From: an uncultured virus (IMG/VR IMGVR_UViG_3300022700_000241)
Taxonomy: Duplodnaviria; Heunggongvirae; Uroviricota; Caudoviricetes
IMG/VR virus record: IMGVR_UViG_3300022700_000241
Reading direction: 5' to 3' (one strand)
DNA length: 20,000 bases
Both the position numbers and the translations under genes were made by a program. The notes under the pieces are model-generated. The model was not told the DNA's origin. It saw nothing but the letters and a program-made list of their open reading frames with translations, and did not search any database. Below, in pieces: positions 15,905-20,000 of the stretch (position 1 is its first letter; each line of letters starts with the position of its first letter).

Positions 15905-16252
15905 CTACCCGCCGGGTTTGATGTCCAGATCGTCGGTCTTAATCGGCGGAAGCCGGTCGTTCTCTCGTCGGTTTCGGTTTTTGGACTTCACTTCTGCCTT
16001 TTCCTCGTCGCTGGCCTCGACGATGGGGAGTTTGATTCGCTCGCGGTCAATGGTCGTCCCGCCCAGTTCAACCAGAATCTTTCGGGCCGTCTCCGTCGAG
16101 AAGTCGGACCCGATCCGCTCTGCCTCTCCGACCTGCGTTTTGCCCATGCCCAGACGGTCGGCCACGTCTTTCTGGGAAAGCCCCTGTTTCTCGCGGAGCT
16201 TCTTGATGTAGGTCCCCAGTTGTTCAAGCGTTAGGTACGTCGGCTCTGCCAT
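15905..16252 (-). CDS. XRE/Cro-C1 family helix-turn-helix regulator
   Basis: LGTYIKKLREKQGLSQKDVADRLGMGKTQVGEAER...STETARKILVELG is a canonical HTH_3 pattern. Confidence 0.9.
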   Translation of the reverse strand: MAEPTYLTLEQLGTYIKKLREKQGLSQKDVADRLGMGKTQVGEAERIGSDFSTETARKILVELGGTTIDRERIKLPIVEASDEEKAEVKSKNRNRRENDRLPPIKTDDLDIKPGG

Positions 16253-16296
16253 AGCGCGGTCCGGTCATTCAAGGTGGCTCGAAGAGCGTGCGGTGG

Positions 16297-16785
16297 CTAC
16301 GCGAGGGCTTTTTCCGGGTTGGTGTCCGTCTCCGGAAGGCTCTGGACCGTTCCCTCGGAGACGACGGTAAACGAGGGGTGTCCCCCGGGCTCAAGCTCCA
16401 CCACGTCGCCGGGCATCACGATGTCTTCGATAGAGGGGCCGGGCCGCCGGTTCAAGTAATCGATGAAGGCAGAGACGCCCATCTCCGGGTCCTCCTCGAT
16501 CCGCTTGAACATCACGCGGAGGAACTGAACCAGGGCAAGGGGTGGGGTTGAACGGCCCTTGTTGTACCGAGAGAGGGTCACGTCCGTCACGTCGATGATT
16601 CCGGACCAGTCGGTCAGCTTGACAATCTTGTTCAGTCCATGTTCTTTGAGCAGACGCTTTTGGCGCCTGTTCATTCCGAGCCGAAGCTGTAACTCGATTC
16701 CGTTGAGAATGAGCCGCAGTTCCTCGGAGTGGTCCTCACTGAACACCGCGTCCGGAACGTAGGGCGAAAGTGCCGAAACAGGCAT
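16297..16785 (-). CDS. Putative HTH regulator
   Basis: 'KLTDWSGIIDVTDVTLSRYNKGRSTPPLALVQFL' resembles an XRE recognition helix followed by G..TPP. The C-terminal 'PGDVVELEPGGHPSFTVV' resembles DUF2158/YodC. Confidence 0.55.
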   Translation of the reverse strand: MPVSALSPYVPDAVFSEDHSEELRLILNGIELQLRLGMNRRQKRLLKEHGLNKIVKLTDWSGIIDVTDVTLSRYNKGRSTPPLALVQFLRVMFKRIEEDPEMGVSAFIDYLNRRPGPSIEDIVMPGDVVELEPGGHPSFTVVSEGTVQSLPETDTNPEKALA

Positions 16786-16845
16786 AGTAGGCTGTTGCTC
16801 GTGATTTGAATTGCACGTGGCTCATACTTCGTGGGGGCAACGACG

Positions 16846-16869
16846 GGAACAAACTAAAGTTCCTATAAT
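16846..16869. promoter_or_regulatory. Palindromic operator candidate GGAAC-N8-GTTCC abutting a + strand TATAAT
   Basis: GGAACAAACTAAAGTTCC (16846-16863) immediately followed by TATAAT (16864-16869), in the divergent gap between the HTH genes and the replication operon. Confidence 0.5.
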
Positions 16870-16910
16870 TGAAGCCCTACGCGACGCTTCCCAGACAGCT
16901 TCCAGAGACT

Positions 16911-17267
16911 ATGCCTGCCGATGCGGTTCCGGACATCGACCCCAATCGACTCCAGCACGAGCCGGAGTATCGGAAGCGCGTGATTCACGCGATTGCCGAA
17001 CGGTTCCGCGCGAAGGCAGAGGAGAAAGACTTCGACACGACCTATGAGAAGCTGGCGTCCGAGAATCCCGGCCTCACCGAAGAGGTCTCCGACCACGTGG
17101 AAGCAAAGGTCGAGAGCCTCGTCGAACAGATGATTACCAAAGAGCGCTTGCGCCGGGGCCAGATTCGGAGATCGGCTCGGCCCCGCCGCGGTGAGCATGT
17201 CGCATCCAGTGGGGGACGCGACACAGGCGCCGAGGTCGGACAGGTCGTTGCTCTGCCCATCAACTAA
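16911..17267 (+). CDS. Hypothetical protein at the head of the replication operon
   Basis: ORF 16869..17267; probable ATG at 16911 (MPADAVPDIDPNRL). Confidence 0.6.
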   Translation: MPADAVPDIDPNRLQHEPEYRKRVIHAIAERFRAKAEEKDFDTTYEKLASENPGLTEEVSDHVEAKVESLVEQMITKERLRRGQIRRSARPRRGEHVASSGGRDTGAEVGQVVALPIN

Positions 17268-17285
17268 CTCGATCCGCTTTTGCCA

Positions 17286-17499
17286 TAGCACTTGGTGCTG
17301 ACGATTAGGCGGTGACCGCAGGGCTGGGGGCCTTGCGTCACATTCCAATGCAGATAGTCTACGGTCTGCCATGCCCGCGCACGCCCCTACTATCTCGACA
17401 TTTCGGCTACGACCCCCCACGGGTCCGGTAGCAGTCAGAGGGCACTCCACAAGAGTTGCCCGCCGTAGACTCTGACTGCCGCCGGACCCTTATTTTTTT
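17286..17499 (+). ncRNA. Putative structured cis-regulatory leader or small RNA upstream of the replication initiator
   Basis: Hairpins at 17286-17300, 17312-17341 and 17350-17369; a 20-bp stem 17421-17440/17470-17489 with an inner hairpin 17441-17460, followed by TTATTTTTTT. Confidence 0.45.
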
Positions 17500-17530
17500 G
17501 TCCCTCCGTTGACTTCGATAGCAACAGGTC

Positions 17531-19495
17531 ATGAGACACTTCGGAACCGACAAAGAGCACAACAACTTCGTAGTGGCAGACCAGGATCTCATTCGAGATG
17601 GCCACGGAGAGTTAAACATTAAAGAGAGATGGCTAATCACCTACCTGCGAAGCCACAAGTTCGGGTACGAGATTGGCCCAAAGCAGATAGCCGAAGACGC
17701 TGGTGTCAGTGTGAGTACAGTTCATCGAATGCTGGACTCTCTCAAAGAAAAAGGGTACTTCTTCCGAAATAAGGAGACAAAATCAAACGGCGATGAGTAC
17801 ATTGTCGCAGAAACTCCAGAGCTACTTCAACGGGTCGTCAATGGTGAGAATCTTTTCACCGAGGAGGATCAACCGAGGGACGAAAAAGATGAGACAGAGG
17901 AAAACAGCAAGCCAAATACCAAGGAGAAGTCAGACGAAGAATTTGCTACTGATCTAACCACTCTTCTTTCGGTACCGGGAAAAATCGTCAGCAGTATTTT
18001 TGCCCCAAACGCCCAGTGGCAGAAGATCCCCGAGCCCGAAGAGCCGGTTACTTTCAACCTTCCGCCCTTCCAGAAGACGGGCCGCGCCGAAGAGGAGATG
18101 GACTCGCTCTGGCGGATTTGGGTTGCCCACAATCCGAAGGCTGCAATAGGTCTCCCACATACGGGAGACCGTCAATCTCCCGCCCTTTTTGGGAAACAGG
18201 TCTCCCACATACGGGACACCGGGTCTCCCACATACGGGAGACCCCCCCACCCCAGGTCTCCCACATACGGGAGACCACATAAGAGAAATACTAAGGGTAT
18301 AGAAGTATTAGATAGAATAAATATACTCCCCCACATACCCAACAGGCGACTATCTAACGTATGGAGCCACCGCGCCCGCATACGCGCGAAGGCAGACTCA
18401 ACCGAGACTGCCAGTAACAAGCACATGATGCCAGACCGCAATCGCAGCAAAGATCGCCTGTGGGTGAAGATGTTTGAGAAAAAAACCGGGCGCCCCTATC
18501 AAGGCATCCGGCTGTATTCGGAGGAGGACTTCGACCGAGAATATCGTCCCACACTCGAAAACGGGCTCTCGATTTACTGGTTACCCGCGGACCCCGAACG
18601 AGCGGGTGGACCATTGCCGGAAAAGTACGAGAACGAATCGACCCCGAGTGAAGAGCCCCTCGATGGGAGTGCTAATCCCAGGGAAGAAGCCGAAATCCCA
18701 GAGCGATTTGCAGAACTCGGTATCGAGTTGGGGAACGACCAACCTCACCCTACGAACCGACAATTTCGGGCGAGAATTGCACTTCGCTCACTTCTTTGGC
18801 CGGAAGAAATGGAGATCCAACCCGGACCAAACCCGTGGCCCGAGCCAGATCCCAATGTAAACCGGGAACTTTCCTTCGCCGGTCACCGACCGGACGAGCA
18901 GCTTCCCGACGTTCACCGGGTCGGCGACATCGCAGGCTCGACCGAGTTTTTGCGAGAGGCGTACCGGGCCGTCTGGATCGAGCCGTTCACGGAGGAGGAG
19001 AGACCGACCGAGCCAAGTGCCGTCGACCACCAGCGGGCAAAGGAGCACGGGAAGGATCCGGAGGATATGATGCTCCTCCGGCAGGTTGCGGAGGTCACGA
19101 TCTCTCCTCACATCTTCGACGAGGAGAACCGATACGGGGAGCCCGGCCCGGACCCGTGGCCGCTCCGGATGTTCGACCTTGCGTTCCCCGAGGTCAACCT
19201 GACCGTAGAGTCAAAGCACCTCGTTGACGAGAAAGTCACTCGGGGCTATCCTGCGAGCCCCTCGGAATGGGCGAACGTCTTGCTCATGGGCATGGAGAGA
19301 GACTGGAACCCGAAGTTCGTCGAAAACTTCGTTCGGTGCTACCGGCACGAGATGGGCATCGAGCGAGATCCGAGCCGAGATGTCCCGCCGGGGGGACCTC
19401 GCACATCCCAGGGCGAGATCATGAGAGGGAACGGGATCGATCTATCGGAGGGGGACCCCAAAGAGCTTATCCCGCCGAAAGAGGGGTACAAGTAA
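17531..19495 (+). CDS. Phage replication initiator (lambda O-like, N-terminal winged HTH), 654 aa
   Basis: N-terminus 'NNFVVADQDLIRD...LNIKERWLITYLRSH...KQIAEDAGVSVSTVHRMLDSLKEKGY' is typical of HTH replication initiators. It has internal iterons and lies upstream of a DnaB-like gene. Confidence 0.8.
   Translation: MRHFGTDKEHNNFVVADQDLIRDGHGELNIKERWLITYLRSHKFGYEIGPKQIAEDAGVSVSTVHRMLDSLKEKGYFFRNKETKSNGDEYIVAETPELLQRVVNGENLFTEEDQPRDEKDETEENSKPNTKEKSDEEFATDLTTLLSVPGKIVSSIFAPNAQWQKIPEPEEPVTFNLPPFQKTGRAEEEMDSLWRIWVAHNPKAAIGLPHTGDRQSPALFGKQVSHIRDTGSPTYGRPPHPRSPTYGRPHKRNTKGIEVLDRINILPHIPNRRLSNVWSHRARIRAKADSTETASNKHMMPDRNRSKDRLWVKMFEKKTGRPYQGIRLYSEEDFDREYRPTLENGLSIYWLPADPERAGGPLPEKYENESTPSEEPLDGSANPREEAEIPERFAELGIELGNDQPHPTNRQFRARIALRSLLWPEEMEIQPGPNPWPEPDPNVNRELSFAGHRPDEQLPDVHRVGDIAGSTEFLREAYRAVWIEPFTEEERPTEPSAVDHQRAKEHGKDPEDMMLLRQVAEVTISPHIFDEENRYGEPGPDPWPLRMFDLAFPEVNLTVESKHLVDEKVTRGYPASPSEWANVLLMGMERDWNPKFVENFVRCYRHEMGIERDPSRDVPPGGPRTSQGEIMRGNGIDLSEGDPKELIPPKEGYK
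18149..18330. repeat. Iteron array plus AT-rich tract: probable replication origin
   Basis: GGTCTCCCACATACGGGA(G/C)ACC at 18149-18170, 18199-18220, 18222-18243 and 18255-18276, then AT-rich 18277-18330. Confidence 0.85.
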
Positions 19496-19555
19496 CCCCT
19501 TGCAGGTAACGGCGGACCCTACAGAGACAGATTTTGACCGAAAGCGACCGAGTTG

Positions 19556-20000
19556 ATGGAATTTCTCAATGGCGACCCCGAGGGCAATGGCGACTTCCAG
19601 GATGAACTTGAGGAGATGGACCCCCTCACCGACGAGCTACACAACATCGACACCCTCGATGTGCTCCGGGAGGAGGGGTTTCTGGCCAACCCCGTCGACC
19701 ACGAAGCCGAAGCGCTGTTTCTGGCGAGTATGCTTGCAGAGGGGACCGCAAGCGGTGCAGCCCTTGACCAGCTTGCCCCCGAAGATTTCGACAAGTACCC
19801 GAACCTCGCCGATGTAATGCTCTCGCTGGCCACTGAGGGGTTTACCGTCGACCGAACGACCGTCGAGCACAAGTACGGAGCCGAGATTCCCGAGGACATC
19901 ACCGACCGGGACCCGCCCGCAGAAAACGCCGACACCTTCGCCGAGGACATCCGGTTCGTAGCACAGAAACGGCGGGCGGTCCAGCGGCTTGCAATCTTGG
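19556..20000 (+). CDS. dnaB: DnaB-like replicative helicase, N-terminal domain (runs off the window)
   Basis: Not in the ORF track; translated by hand from the ATG at 19556: ...PVDHEAEALFLASMLAEGTASGAALDQLAPEDFDKYPNLADVMLSLATEGFTVDRTTV...PPAENADTFAEDIRFVAQKRRAVQRL. Matches the DnaB N-terminal pattern (EAE..vLg.ll; L.peDF; g.piD..tv; N...ya..v...a..R). Confidence 0.7.
   Translation, partial: MEFLNGDPEGNGDFQDELEEMDPLTDELHNIDTLDVLREEGFLANPVDHEAEALFLASMLAEGTASGAALDQLAPEDFDKYPNLADVMLSLATEGFTVDRTTVEHKYGAEIPEDITDRDPPAENADTFAEDIRFVAQKRRAVQRLAIL

Noticed and set aside
16846..16863. LexA/SOS box
   Set aside because: The spacing does not match the known GAAC-N4-GTTC or GTTC-N7-GTTC boxes, so it is kept only as a generic operator candidate.
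17280..17500. tRNA gene or a known riboswitch
   Set aside because: No cloverleaf with T-loop (GTTCRA) or D-loop motifs, and no aptamer consensus recognisable by eye.
17954..18282. Small repeat-containing ORFs overlapping the iterons (SPVCGRP, VSRMWET, GLPYVGD)
   Set aside because: They are alternative-frame translations of the DNA iterons inside the initiator gene.

Overview
A GC-rich bacteriophage or prophage segment (about 60-65% GC by eye) encoding mostly very acidic proteins. The likely host is an extremely halophilic bacterium, possibly Salinibacter/Rhodothermota (inference from the acidic proteome, a DnaB-like helicase, sigma70-type -10 boxes and A-rich leaders with no Shine-Dalgarno). 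The left ~13 kb is a minus-strand arm of ~18 small, mostly uncharacterised genes, including a DUF2786-like, a DUF6011-like and two tail/virion-like proteins. This arm is divided by 8 copies of an intergenic module: intrinsic terminator (absent in the last copy), then a promoter-like GGAACA-N7/8-TTAAA-N5-TATAAT/TACAAT/TTTAAT, then TGCATC and an AACCAAAAACCAC leader before the ATG. Two copies are near-identical over 114 bp, so the arm reads as an array of self-contained, possibly shuffleable expression cassettes. The right ~7 kb holds a ribbon-helix-helix gene and four hypothetical genes (+), two HTH genes (-), a divergent control region with a GGAAC-N8-GTTCC palindrome, a structured non-coding leader with a possible long-range pairing, a lambda-O-like replication initiator containing four palindromic 22-bp iterons followed by an AT-rich tract (likely origin), and the start of a DnaB-like helicase. 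Family assignments come from recalled motifs, not database searches.
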